64,000 nucleotides of DNA from Acidobacteriota bacterium (GTDB lineage: Bacteria > Acidobacteriota > Vicinamibacteria > Fen-336). The notes beneath the pieces were generated by a model. It had not been told where the DNA came from. It ran no database searches and was given only the letters and a program-made list of their open reading frames with translations. The position numbers and the translations under genes were made by a program. The stretch spans positions 801-64,800 of the forward strand of contig JAJDNV010000090.1 of assembly GCA_022340545.1 (NCBI GenBank), in the 5' to 3' direction. Of the stretch, positions 63,545-64,000 are shown in pieces (the first letter of the stretch is position 1; every line of letters begins with the position of its first letter).

Positions 63545-64000
63545 ATGGAGATCACCGACGTCAAAGTCATCCCGGTGGACGACGAGAAGCTCAAGGCCTT
63601 CGTGTCGATCGTCTTCGACCACTGCTTCGTGGTCACGGACATCAAGGTCATCCATGGGCCGAAGGGCCTGTTCGTCTCCATGCCCAGCAAGAAGCGAAAG
63701 GACGGGACGTTCAAGGACATAGCCCACCCGCTCAACAACCAGACGCGGCAATACCTGGAAGAGAAGGTCCTGGGGGTGTACCGCCAGCAGGTGGCCTCGG
63801 AGCCGGCGCCCGCTCCGTCTCCGGCGTCTCCGGAGCCAGCGCCTCCCGCGCCGGCTGCGGCCGCGCCGGCCGAGTCCCCGGCACCCGCGCCATCCGCACC
63901 CGAGGCGCCCGCGCCGGCGGCCCCTCCCGCCGAACCCGCCCCGCCCGCACCCGAGCCGGCCGCACCCGAGCCGCCTCCCGCGGACCCGGAGGCCACAGGC
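63545..64000 (+). CDS. spoVG: SpoVG family protein with a Pro/Ala-rich C-terminal extension (3' end beyond the window)
   Basis: MEITDVKVIPVDDEKLKAFVSIVFDHCFVVTDIKVIHGPKGLFVSMPSKKRKDGTFKDIAHPLNNQTRQ is a near-canonical SpoVG. It continues into APAPSPASPEPAPPAPAAAAP... to the window end. Not in the ORF track because it runs off the end. Confidence 0.8.
   Translation, partial: MEITDVKVIPVDDEKLKAFVSIVFDHCFVVTDIKVIHGPKGLFVSMPSKKRKDGTFKDIAHPLNNQTRQYLEEKVLGVYRQQVASEPAPAPSPASPEPAPPAPAAAAPAESPAPAPSAPEAPAPAAPPAEPAPPAPEPAAPEPPPADPEATG

Overview
This is a roughly 64 kb, very GC-rich bacterial chromosomal segment (about 70% GC by eye, not computed). It is densely coding on both strands, with no obvious prophage, transposase, integrase or CRISPR array.

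I call about 60 genes. The housekeeping core includes PBP1A, pyruvate kinase, purH, ispE, mutM, selA, tRNA-Val, an RlpA-like protein, a Trm112-like protein, and the cell-envelope genes hldE-domain kinase, an O-antigen-ligase-like protein, a YfhO-like protein, a LolB-like lipoprotein and a Spy/CpxP-like protein.

There is also a non-canonical complex I locus, nuoA-nuoEF(fused)-nuoH-nuoJ-nuoK-nuoL-nuoM-nuoN, with no nuoB/C/D/G/I.

Interleaved with these are accessory-looking modules:
- a GntR(FCD)-regulated operon encoding a glycyl-radical-enzyme activase and a PFL2-family glycyl radical enzyme (GRE) of unknown substrate, followed by a Cys-rich secreted protein, a CstA transporter and an MFS transporter
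- a VKOR-DsbA fusion co-transcribed with an N-lobe-less kinase-like membrane protein
- a rifampin-phosphotransferase-like PEP-utilising enzyme
- a UbiD-like decarboxylase / Zn-ribbon-NUDIX / crcB / DUF190 cluster
- a CHAT (caspase-like) protease coupled to a polytopic GT-C-like membrane protein, downstream of a DUF349 protein
- a tightly coupled MEMO1-DsbA-NUDIX trio
- two SpoVG paralogues

Four same-orientation copies of a structured intergenic repeat are present in short and long forms. Each carries a canonical G-quadruplex motif (GGGGAGGGATAGGGTGGGGGG). Two copies flank the nuo module, and one supplies the C-terminus of a small membrane protein.

Many gene pairs overlap by 1-4 nt, which suggests translational coupling.

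All calls rest on reading the six-frame translations and motif recognition from memory. No searches were run.
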